Both the position numbers and the translations under genes were made by a program. Source: a virus. From it: 64,000 nt of DNA. How positions within the stretch are numbered: position 1 is the stretch's first letter; every line of letters starts with the position of its first letter. This document shows, piece by piece, positions 53,781 to 62,833 of this stretch. The stretch is taken from UHGV virus genome UHGV-1351770; one strand, written 5' to 3'. The notes beneath the pieces were generated by a model. That model had not been told where the DNA came from, ran no database searches, and worked only from the letters and a program-made list of their open reading frames with translations.

Positions 53781-56614
53781 TCCACAGACTGTTCTCCATC
53801 ATCTCCTTCTGCTCTAATACGAAAATATAGTTTTCTATTGATTCCTAGAGCATCACTGTTATGAAGAGCAAAATCTGCCTTATTATACGTTAATAAATAG
53901 TCATAAGTATACTGATTTTCAATACGTACACTTCTTAGCATTCTATTCTGGGAATCATAGATCTCCAGAGTATAGAATATACTCTCTATTATATCTTCTT
54001 CTGGTATTCTATCCCAAGCTAGTTTTACATCTGGGCCTACAAACTCAGTTACATCCCCAGAAGCCGTATTAGTTACCCTAAAATTAGATACTACACTTAG
54101 GTTTTTAGCAGAGTTAAGTTCTATAGATAATGTTACTGGAGAACTTCTTCTACCGTTTATATCCACAGCCCTTATTTCAAATATTGCTAAACCTGCAGGC
54201 TCTCCAATTATCTCTTGGATCATCCGTTCGTTGGGATTTGTTTCTAGTTGCTGCACAATATAAGGTTCAGCATGACCGGAATGCACGATAGAGTAATAAA
54301 CTACGTTATTAGTTAAGCTTGGAAGCCAAGATAACTCACCATTTTTTCCTATAGAACCAACTAAGCCACCGGGTGTAGGAGTATACTTAAAATCTCTAGG
54401 AGGAAGAACATTGTTACTAATATCTGGTATATCATTACCACTATTATCTACTTGATCAGAGTTGATAAATACATCCTCCCCGTACTCCTGTAGAGTAACA
54501 TTTATCTTTCCTTCTCTAGAGTTTTCTACTTCATCTACTAAAAAGTATTTCTTATCCCATCCATAACGGTCGTATGTAAATGCAATAGCATCGTTAGGCT
54601 CAATACCAATGAATTGATATGGTAAAGAAAATGAGAGGGTTCTAGAATACCTAGATTTCTTAAGTTCTCTGTCTGCAAAACTTCTAGCAGTATAGTAGTT
54701 AGTTATATTTGCAAAAGATAATTGTAATTTTTTGTCTAAATTTTTATCTTGTTCTTTATATTTAGAGTTGTAAAAGGTAATAGAGTTAGTTTTCCAGCTA
54801 AGAGCTGGGTCTACGATGGATGCTTGAACTGAGTTGAATTTATTTCTACCAGTAGTATCTGATAGCTCTAAATCACCATAAGTATCCAGAAAATTAATCT
54901 CTAGTGGAGTATTAGAATATTTTTCTACAGTAATCCTATATTGACCAGATAAGTTGTTAATAGCCCCACCGTAGGACTCTAATAAACCTTGCACATTTTT
55001 AAATACTGATTCAGATGTATCCAGAATAGTATTCATTTGTACTATTTGTCTATTTTCTGCTAGTGGATCAGTCCACCCAACGTATCTCCAATATGGCTGC
55101 CAAGATACCTGATAGGATTCATCTATAATATCTAAAATAGCTGCTTCCTGTATTAATTGCTGAAGTGGGAACTGATCAATGGTAATATTAGCGCCATATC
55201 TATCAGAGGTTAAGTAATCAAGTGTTTGCCAAATACCATTTAAGCTAGTACTATTAGCAGTTACTCTACCATCAGAATGATAGACTTTTACTTTTTTACC
55301 TTGAATTTCAGCACTAACTTCTGGAATCTCAGTCCTATTTTCATTAATAGTGAAGCGCACCACTGCGTATGCAGTATCTAGTAGCTTATATCTAGCATCC
55401 CAGTATTCAGGCCCATTACCATTCATATTTTGAAGATAGAACCCACGTTCTTTAGCTATATCTACTAGTACTTCAGAAGCCGCTTGGTCAGATTTTCCAT
55501 GATACGTCCAAATTCTTATGTCCCCGTTACCATCATTATATTTATATTCCTGTCCATGCACGGATGGGCTACTAGAGGAGGTTCCAGATGCTATCCTCTG
55601 CATTGTATCCCCTACTACTTTTTTAGTACCAAAACAGGTTCTAGCAGAGCTATCATTAGCATCTATGCAGATCATAGGGTTATCACCAAAGGAGAAATCA
55701 AGAAAACCATCAATCTCTCCCTCAGCAAAGGCGTATACGACATAAACTATGTTGGGATTATGTAGTTCTGTATCCGCAAAAATAGGTATTCCTGGTATTT
55801 TCTGTACGCCATAAACTACTGGGATATATTTAGCAGCAAGGTTAAAATCTATATCTACTTCCTTAGTAACAGTTTCATAGTACTTTTTAAGGCTGTAGCT
55901 TCTAGATAAGCCAAATAGTTTTTTCTTTGATTTTAACTTGTATCTTTCTTCTTGAACCTGATATTTTGCCAGGATAGAGATACTTTTATTGGAGTGGAAG
56001 AACCCATAATCTTCTTGGTACTCAGGTCTTTTAGCTCCGTTAGATGGAACTAATTGTCCTGCTACAATTTCAAGCCCTCTATGGGAAGCGTCATCAGTAT
56101 ACCTACCATTAACTCTATCAAAGTCATAGAATTGGTTAGAACAATTCCAGGTAATTGTAGAGGTTCCTACTCCAGAGGTACTAATATTATCTTTAATACC
56201 CCCTCCAGTAATCCTCCCCCTAAAATATAGTAAAGGACCATTTGTATCTGGGTCTACTGGCAGAATAGAACCATCTTCGGTAATAATTGCTTGGTGGATT
56301 GATACTAGTCTATCTAAAAAGGACACACCATTCTGCACTAGTTTCAGTACTTCATCCTGCGCTGTACCTGTAATAGTAAAAGATAGACTGCCAATAGATA
56401 AATCTCTATTTTGTTTATGTGTGCTAATGGACTTAACCTTACCAGCCTGGTACAAAATACCATTATATAGTACATCTCTAAAATAATCAGTTAAATAAAT
56501 AAAAGCAGTACTAGTACCAGTAGAGCCAGGTAATTCTAGGGAAATTAGACTAGCAGTTTTTATTCTGCTATTATTTTTTAAGTAGTTTCTAGCACTATCT
56601 AGTATTTTCTTCAT
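53765..56614 (-). CDS. Baseplate hub protein (T5 pb3-like, 949 aa)
   Basis: The 949-aa length matches T5 pb3. Synteny after pb9. Confidence 0.7.
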   Translation of the reverse strand: MKKILDSARNYLKNNSRIKTASLISLELPGSTGTSTAFIYLTDYFRDVLYNGILYQAGKVKSISTHKQNRDLSIGSLSFTITGTAQDEVLKLVQNGVSFLDRLVSIHQAIITEDGSILPVDPDTNGPLLYFRGRITGGGIKDNISTSGVGTSTITWNCSNQFYDFDRVNGRYTDDASHRGLEIVAGQLVPSNGAKRPEYQEDYGFFHSNKSISILAKYQVQEERYKLKSKKKLFGLSRSYSLKKYYETVTKEVDIDFNLAAKYIPVVYGVQKIPGIPIFADTELHNPNIVYVVYAFAEGEIDGFLDFSFGDNPMICIDANDSSARTCFGTKKVVGDTMQRIASGTSSSSPSVHGQEYKYNDGNGDIRIWTYHGKSDQAASEVLVDIAKERGFYLQNMNGNGPEYWDARYKLLDTAYAVVRFTINENRTEIPEVSAEIQGKKVKVYHSDGRVTANSTSLNGIWQTLDYLTSDRYGANITIDQFPLQQLIQEAAILDIIDESYQVSWQPYWRYVGWTDPLAENRQIVQMNTILDTSESVFKNVQGLLESYGGAINNLSGQYRITVEKYSNTPLEINFLDTYGDLELSDTTGRNKFNSVQASIVDPALSWKTNSITFYNSKYKEQDKNLDKKLQLSFANITNYYTARSFADRELKKSRYSRTLSFSLPYQFIGIEPNDAIAFTYDRYGWDKKYFLVDEVENSREGKINVTLQEYGEDVFINSDQVDNSGNDIPDISNNVLPPRDFKYTPTPGGLVGSIGKNGELSWLPSLTNNVVYYSIVHSGHAEPYIVQQLETNPNERMIQEIIGEPAGLAIFEIRAVDINGRRSSPVTLSIELNSAKNLSVVSNFRVTNTASGDVTEFVGPDVKLAWDRIPEEDIIESIFYTLEIYDSQNRMLRSVRIENQYTYDYLLTYNKADFALHNSDALGINRKLYFRIRAEGDDGEQSVEWASI

Positions 56615-57225
56615 AAACTTTCCCGTAAATTTAATGAGATGCCGGAATATGTTCCGTTATTATTTAATGTAGATCCGAAAGCATCACCATTCATGAGTTT
56701 TGTTCTAAATAGTATTCCGTTAAACACTGGTTTCTCAGCCCCAGTAGTAGTTATAAATAAATCAGGGTATAAGTTTATAGACCACGTATTGCCTGATTTA
56801 TTGAATGATGTTATTTTATATACTTTTGGATGGTTAGATAGCTTAAATAGATCCCCTGGTTTTGGAATACCTGTGAGAAGTCCTTTTGTATCCATAGTTA
56901 TATTAGAACCCTTCTGTCCAGCAGGTATATTTACTAGGCTAGTATTACCTCTAACTCTAAAAGCTTCGTATTGGGGTAATATAACATCTATATAACCACC
57001 AGTCCTTTTGTATTCTAGAATAAAAGCATCTAGAACACTATATTCATCTGGAAATAATTCTGGATAAGAAATATTTATACCCCAGTATTGAGCAGATACC
57101 TTAACTTCGTTAACTTTACCATTTGGTAACTCATCACGAATTACTGGGTCATTATCAATCAGGTTAACACTTTCGAATCCTAATCCTGAAAGTTCTGGAT
57201 TCGTGTATGGGTCTGGTAATCTCAT
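56611..57225 (-). CDS. Distal tail protein (T5 pb9-like, 204 aa)
   Basis: The 204-aa length matches T5 pb9. Sits immediately after the tape measure protein. Confidence 0.7.
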   Translation of the reverse strand: MRLPDPYTNPELSGLGFESVNLIDNDPVIRDELPNGKVNEVKVSAQYWGINISYPELFPDEYSVLDAFILEYKRTGGYIDVILPQYEAFRVRGNTSLVNIPAGQKGSNITMDTKGLLTGIPKPGDLFKLSNHPKVYKITSFNKSGNTWSINLYPDLFITTTGAEKPVFNGILFRTKLMNGDAFGSTLNNNGTYSGISLNLRESL

Positions 57226-57228
57226 AGT

Positions 57229-57300
57229 TAATTTCTCCTCTTTAATAACAATATTATAATAGTATTAGAAAATTTTATCAAGAAATTTTTATTTTTCCAT
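57229..57300 (-). promoter_or_regulatory. Sigma70-like promoter (TTGATA-17-TATAAT) plus SD AAAGAGGAGAAA upstream of the pb9-like gene in the late block
   Basis: rc: ttgataaaattttctaatactattataat...aaagaggagaaattaacATG. Confidence 0.5.
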
Positions 57301-57328
57301 AAAGAAAAGGAGGACTCAAAGTCCTCCT
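57296..57328 (-). terminator. Terminator after the tape measure gene
   Basis: aggaggac-tcaaa-gtcctcct; U-run on the minus strand. Confidence 0.6.
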
Positions 57329-57334
57329 CCAGTT

Positions 57335-60300
57335 TTAAGAATTTCCTAATGTTTTCAGACTAGCACCGTTCTCATTCAGAGCTAATTCTACTGCGTCTCT
57401 TAGAGCACTACTATTACTAGAAGCAAACTCTCTAAAACTTGCAGCATCCATAGCACTAATATTCAGGATGATAGGTCTTCCTGAAGTTGAGTTAGATGAG
57501 GTTTTTAGCTCATCATTAGGTGTAGCTTTCATAGGAACCATAGGGGTAACTACTTCTGTACCATGTTCACCCATTTGGTAACTAACCCCTGGGTACATAT
57601 TACCACCCTCAGCACGAGGAACGAAAGAGTTGGCACTACCTATACCTTGATCGCCACGAATATAAGATAGTTCACCTGCATTAGCAGACATGGACACATC
57701 TATATTCTTTTGACGTTCTCCTAAGGTTAAGTAACTAGTTGTATCAGCTCCCGAATCAGCAATACTCGACATACTCGATGCAGAGGATGCTTGGGCGAGG
57801 GCCAGAGCACCTGCTAAACCTGCCGCTACCATCAGAGGAATAGAGAACGGGTATGGAACAGCTGTTGCCGCCTGCATTACAGCTACTGCAGTTTGGATGA
57901 TAATCTGCTTCTTAGCTGCGTCTTGTTGAATCTTCAGCTTTTCAGCTTCTAACTTTTTCAGTTTAGCTTTAGATGCTTCAGATTTACCATCTCGTTTCTG
58001 CTCTGCTGCAATAGCCTGATCAATTGCACTAACCTGTTGACTAGTACTATATTGAATCATAGAGGCCACAGTCTGCATACCGGAAGCAATCATAGATGTA
58101 GTATCTAAAGATCCCTGAGAGAATTGAATCATAGCATTGGTTAAGTTACCCATGCTTTGAGCTACAGCGGTTGCTTCAGAGTTTAGCTCAGATAGTTTAG
58201 AGATTGCCTGATCATAAGAAGCCATTCTATTTCCCATATCAGCAAAATCTTTATCTTCTCCAGATAGTCCAGTTGTAGGAGTATATACAGCACCTACAGA
58301 AGACCCTACCTGTTGCTGCATCTGGCTATCTCTCTGTTTTCTAAGCTGCTCTAAGGCTGCTGAAGTTTTATAAATCTCATTACGATATTTAATTTCTTCT
58401 TCAGTATTACCTTTAGACAGTTCCAGCTGCTGCTGCAGAATAGATAACCTTTCAGTGAGAATCTGTGACTGACCAGTGACATTTCTCTGCGTTTGGCTGA
58501 CCTCTAGCGCATCCATGAGAGCTGATACATGTGAGGCAGTTGCCTGTTTCTCCGCTTCCCATATTTCTCTGCTTATTTGTGCTTGAGCACGTCTAGACTG
58601 TTCTGCCTCTTTCTGTTTGTCCGCTTGTTTTGTATACCATTCGTACTTCTCTTTCTCTATAGTTAGTTCTAGTTTTAGCTGAGCTAATCTATATTGAGTA
58701 GTAGTCATAGTGCGGTCATTCAGAAGAGCTATCTCACGATCTACACCCAGGATTTTATCTGTATAATCCTTAACCTTCTTCTGGGCCTCCATACCCTGAT
58801 TGGTAAGTTTAAGTTTCTCCAGCTGAATTTTTTCAATTTCTTTCTCAACAGCTTTATTTCCCTGGTTTGTTTGAAGAACACGGCGTAAAGCAGCTTCTTG
58901 CTCTTCTAACTGTTGCAACTCTAAACGTCTACCAGCTTCCTGAGCCTTTTCCTTATCCTTAGTTTGGTTATATACATCAGCTATCTTCTGTTGAACTGCT
59001 AACTGGTTCTTAGTCTCATTACCGGTTAGTTTAACGTACTCAGATAAGGCCTGAGACGCAGTTTTCATTTCGGACAGAGTATTGTACCCTAGATTAAGAT
59101 TTTTAACGTATTCATCAGCACTCTTACCAGTACCTAGAGATAGAGATTCTATATTTTTTATAGCATCTGCTAAAGTAGCACTAGTTTTAGCAGCAGTATC
59201 TGTATTCTGAGCAACGTTCTGTATGTCATTAGCTAAGTCACTAGCCGTTTTCTTAGTCTGATTGTACGCTTTCTGCTGCTCAGTTAGTCCTTTTAATACA
59301 GTAGAGTTAAAATCGTATACAGCATCAGGATCAGTAGTATCTCTCTGTAGATTAATTTGCTTCTGAAACTCTGGACTAGCCTTTGCAGCAGCGGCCCCAG
59401 CAGCTTGATATGCTGATTTCCAGGCATTAAGGTTTTCAGTAGAATCCTCTACTTCCTTACCAAGTCTAGTTACTTGTAGACCCATAGCTGCAGTTTCTGC
59501 TACAAATTGCTTATTGGCCTCCGAAGCACCTGCTGCTGCAAGACCAACAGGAATACCTTCACCAACTTGACGTATAGCTAATTTTGTATAGAAATCTGCT
59601 TGTTCCATTCGTTTATCGAACTCAGATTTTAGCTTATTACGCTTATCAAGAGATTCCTTATACATATCTAGAGCTTTATTATAGCCTTCTTCAGAAGCAG
59701 CTAAACTTAAAGCAACAGCACCAACGTTGGTAGGGTCTATCTGTCTATTAGTTTTTTCTTGAGCTCTAGCTGCCTCAGCAGATATAGAAGCCTGAGATGT
59801 ATAAAATACTGTGTTGATAGCATCAATTACTGGCCCTAAATACTTAGCAGCAGCTTGTTGTATTTTTCTTAGTGCAGCATCTGCATTAGCAGCAAATTGC
59901 TCCCATGGAGTTGCACGTAGTACTTCATCTAGGTAGCCAAACCGCTTAGTAGATTCAGCAATTACCGCGTTAGCGTATGCTTGTTGTTTCTGGAAAGTGG
60001 TAAGACTATTAACATTATATGTTATACCTGTGTTTGCAGCATTTAACTGCTTAACGTAATCAGCGTATGCGTCATTAAGACGGATAGTGACACCAAGTTC
60101 ATCCAGAAGTTCGATTTCTTGTTTAGATACGCCCTTAATTACACGGTTAAGTGCATCAGTCATATCAACACCAAGAACAGCAGCAGCACGACGAGCTACT
60201 AAACCAAATTTATTAAGTTGTTCGGCATCAAATCCATAAGCAGATGCTGAAGATGCCTGTCTCATTGCTTCCTCAAAAGAAATAGCATATCCAGCAGCTT

Positions 60301-61015
60301 CTTGTAGTGACCTAGCAAGGGTCTGAACAGGAGTACCTGTCTGAGTACCTACTATAACACCAAATTTTTCTAGACGATTTAGCTGATCACCTAGTTTAAG
60401 TTGTTCAAATGCTGATTGCAAAACGAAGATGTTGGAAGCAAGAGCTGCGTACATAATAGGTAAACTACCACCGATCTTAGCCATTGCCGCAAAATCACGA
60501 GTTGCACCACGTGCTGAACCAGAAGTATTACCAATAGCTCTAGAAGCTCTACCAGCGGCACCAGCAGTATCATTAAAACCCCTAGCTGTGCCACCTAATG
60601 CTCTATTAGTATCGTATAATCTATCCTGGACTTTTTCTGTTGCAGCTGCAACATCATTACCCATTGTTTTAACAGATCTAGAAACTCCATCGAATCCAAT
60701 TTCTAGTTTATCTGTTACTTCAATAAGCTGGATAGCCAGGTAGTCTAGCTTATCACCAATACCATCAATGGATTTAGTGATACCAGCCATACCCCTACTA
60801 GCTTGCATTTTAGTAAGACTTTTCGCTGCTCTGTCTGCTGCCCTCTCAATGGAATAAAGAGTTCTGGGCATTTTACCTAACTGCTCATTTGTCAGTTCGG
60901 AAGCAGCAGCAGCATTTTCCAACGCATCAGATACGTTTTCAATAGACTTTGCAGTACGAGTTGCCCCCTTCTGTTTAACGTCTATTAGTAATTCTCGTAT
61001 TAGCTTATCAGTCAT
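57335..61015 (-). CDS. Tape measure protein (T5 pb2-like, 1226 aa)
   Basis: Long alpha-helical/coiled-coil protein with a hydrophobic C-terminal region. Size close to T5 pb2 (1219 aa). Confidence 0.85.
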   Translation of the reverse strand: MTDKLIRELLIDVKQKGATRTAKSIENVSDALENAAAASELTNEQLGKMPRTLYSIERAADRAAKSLTKMQASRGMAGITKSIDGIGDKLDYLAIQLIEVTDKLEIGFDGVSRSVKTMGNDVAAATEKVQDRLYDTNRALGGTARGFNDTAGAAGRASRAIGNTSGSARGATRDFAAMAKIGGSLPIMYAALASNIFVLQSAFEQLKLGDQLNRLEKFGVIVGTQTGTPVQTLARSLQEAAGYAISFEEAMRQASSASAYGFDAEQLNKFGLVARRAAAVLGVDMTDALNRVIKGVSKQEIELLDELGVTIRLNDAYADYVKQLNAANTGITYNVNSLTTFQKQQAYANAVIAESTKRFGYLDEVLRATPWEQFAANADAALRKIQQAAAKYLGPVIDAINTVFYTSQASISAEAARAQEKTNRQIDPTNVGAVALSLAASEEGYNKALDMYKESLDKRNKLKSEFDKRMEQADFYTKLAIRQVGEGIPVGLAAAGASEANKQFVAETAAMGLQVTRLGKEVEDSTENLNAWKSAYQAAGAAAAKASPEFQKQINLQRDTTDPDAVYDFNSTVLKGLTEQQKAYNQTKKTASDLANDIQNVAQNTDTAAKTSATLADAIKNIESLSLGTGKSADEYVKNLNLGYNTLSEMKTASQALSEYVKLTGNETKNQLAVQQKIADVYNQTKDKEKAQEAGRRLELQQLEEQEAALRRVLQTNQGNKAVEKEIEKIQLEKLKLTNQGMEAQKKVKDYTDKILGVDREIALLNDRTMTTTQYRLAQLKLELTIEKEKYEWYTKQADKQKEAEQSRRAQAQISREIWEAEKQATASHVSALMDALEVSQTQRNVTGQSQILTERLSILQQQLELSKGNTEEEIKYRNEIYKTSAALEQLRKQRDSQMQQQVGSSVGAVYTPTTGLSGEDKDFADMGNRMASYDQAISKLSELNSEATAVAQSMGNLTNAMIQFSQGSLDTTSMIASGMQTVASMIQYSTSQQVSAIDQAIAAEQKRDGKSEASKAKLKKLEAEKLKIQQDAAKKQIIIQTAVAVMQAATAVPYPFSIPLMVAAGLAGALALAQASSASSMSSIADSGADTTSYLTLGERQKNIDVSMSANAGELSYIRGDQGIGSANSFVPRAEGGNMYPGVSYQMGEHGTEVVTPMVPMKATPNDELKTSSNSTSGRPIILNISAMDAASFREFASSNSSALRDAVELALNENGASLKTLGNS

Positions 61016-61027
61016 GTTTTATTTTTC

Positions 61028-61063
61028 CCAATAAAAAAGGCTCTGGGCAAATCACCCAGAGCC
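61028..61063 (-). terminator. Strong hairpin plus U-tract between the T-like chaperone ORF and the tape measure gene
   Basis: ggctctggg-caaatca-cccagagcc, then tttttt on the minus strand. Confidence 0.65.
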
Positions 61064-61098
61064 AAGCCTCATCGTGGAACGCCCATTGGAGGAAACTT

Positions 61099-61467
61099 TT
61101 ACCGTGCACGAGATCTAGCATGTGGCTTAACGTTAGGAATCCTCCCGTTTTGCGGTTTATGCTTCTCAGCACGTTTACGTGCAGCGTCTACAGCTTTAGC
61201 ATCAAATATATTGATAATGTGTAGAACAAATTCTTTTTCTATAGGATCAGTAATCCCATAAATATCAAATAAAACACCTAATGCAGCTTTATCCTTACCT
61301 ATAAAAATAGGAAAGTCACCCGGTATGAAACAGTCAATCAGACTGTTATAAATATTCATACTAATAGATACAATAGGTGGAAAATCCTCAAGTTCAACGG
61401 GCATAGCCTTAGGATCAGGCTCTATACCCATTGACTCGCAAAGTATTAAATATTGTTGTTTGGTCAT
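61099..61467 (-). CDS. Tail assembly chaperone T-like segment (122 aa from its own ATG; frame open further upstream, overlapping the G-like ORF in the +1 frame)
   Basis: No SD before the ATG at 61467. The frame is open from 61553. Confidence 0.5.
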   Translation of the reverse strand: MTKQQYLILCESMGIEPDPKAMPVELEDFPPIVSISMNIYNSLIDCFIPGDFPIFIGKDKAALGVLFDIYGITDPIEKEFVLHIINIFDAKAVDAARKRAEKHKPQNGRIPNVKPHARSRAR

Positions 61468-61528
61468 TTTAGATGCTGAGCTCTTAATACATTTATCTGC
61501 AAAATCAGCAACAGCATCTAGGAGTTCT

Positions 61529-61933
61529 TTACGCTTTTGGGCTACGAAAAGTGTCTAAGTGGAACACTGTCTGGTTGATCCAAGAATCAAACGCAGCAGA
61601 GTTCTGCATGAGCATTACAGCATTATCGCGGCTAAAAGGAACTTCAGTAGCAGGATCAGCATCTGTTTCAATCAGCATCAGTTTTTCAACGTCACCTACA
61701 GTCAAACCGGTCCAACCTTTAATAGCTGCGTCAACAAAGGCTTCAATGAACTTATCATCATCCTGTACCTGAATCAAAGTACCATTAACCCATTCATCGC
61801 GTTTAGCAGAAGAAATAACACGTTTAGAGGTAGCACGAGACATATAGTTAAGTTCTAGTTTAAAGTTCGGCATACCCGGGTAGGAAAGAGTAATAGTACG
61901 AGTATCGAGAGTAATATCTTTTAAATTAATCAT
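61529..61933 (-). CDS. Tail assembly chaperone (gpG-like, 134 aa)
   Basis: Position between tube and TMP genes. Acidic. GGAGAAA SD. Confidence 0.6.
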   Translation of the reverse strand: MINLKDITLDTRTITLSYPGMPNFKLELNYMSRATSKRVISSAKRDEWVNGTLIQVQDDDKFIEAFVDAAIKGWTGLTVGDVEKLMLIETDADPATEVPFSRDNAVMLMQNSAAFDSWINQTVFHLDTFRSPKA

Positions 61934-62829
61934 TTTTTAATTTCTCCAAAGAAATCTATTCTCACTGGGTCTGAAGAAGCAGTAGGTATAATATCCCACT
62001 CAACTCTATACACATCTGAGAAATCTAGGCGTTTTGTAATACGTGCTGAAGGAAAATCTATAGAAATATTGTTGTTTCTTATATTTAAGGGTACATCTAT
62101 CTCCGGTTCGATATTGTAAACCATGTCTCCTGCAAAACGTTTTAAGTAGTACAGAGAAATGGTTGCCGAAGCATTCATTTCATTTACATAAGCTCTTTTA
62201 TTATTATAAATTTTATTTATATCAAAAACACTCTTATCCTCTCTCCAGGAGCACTGCTGTTGGAAAGATAAAGAGGCAGAAATAAGACCGGGTAAGATGC
62301 TGCCATTAGTAGAAGCTATTACTGGGCTGTAAGACATTACTTCACCCTGTATAATAGAAGCTGCTTCTCTATAGGTAGATACTTCTGAGAATTTCCCAGA
62401 CTCAATACCAATATTAAGAATTGGTATATTCTTATCTAAAGAAAAATCTACTGTAGATACATAACAGTTTTCAAAATATACACAGTTATTATCTTTGTTT
62501 ACTATATAGATATTGAACATAATAGGTTCAATATTATTACTATATAATGGGAGTAAGAAAGTATTACCTTTTCTATCAAAACCTAACCATTCAAAGAAGT
62601 TAGCTTCAGTAAGAGTATTACTAAAATTTACTGCTAGAGAGATAGAAGAAGGGGTTTGAGCATTTATAATAGAGTCTGCATAGTTAGTTCTACGATGAAC
62701 AGTCCTACGAAGAGTCTTGAATTCCTCGTAGGAAGTCTGTATATCATAGTTTGATAGGGCATCAAAATGAAATGCCCTACCATCATACTCAACTATAACT
62801 TTTGACTCTCGCATTAGAGAGTAGTACAT
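61930..62829 (-). CDS. Tail structural protein (299 aa), hypothetical
   Basis: Lies within the tail module between the tube and chaperone genes. Confidence 0.5.
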   Translation of the reverse strand: MYYSLMRESKVIVEYDGRAFHFDALSNYDIQTSYEEFKTLRRTVHRRTNYADSIINAQTPSSISLAVNFSNTLTEANFFEWLGFDRKGNTFLLPLYSNNIEPIMFNIYIVNKDNNCVYFENCYVSTVDFSLDKNIPILNIGIESGKFSEVSTYREAASIIQGEVMSYSPVIASTNGSILPGLISASLSFQQQCSWREDKSVFDINKIYNNKRAYVNEMNASATISLYYLKRFAGDMVYNIEPEIDVPLNIRNNNISIDFPSARITKRLDFSDVYRVEWDIIPTASSDPVRIDFFGEIKK

Positions 62830-62833
62830 TTAT

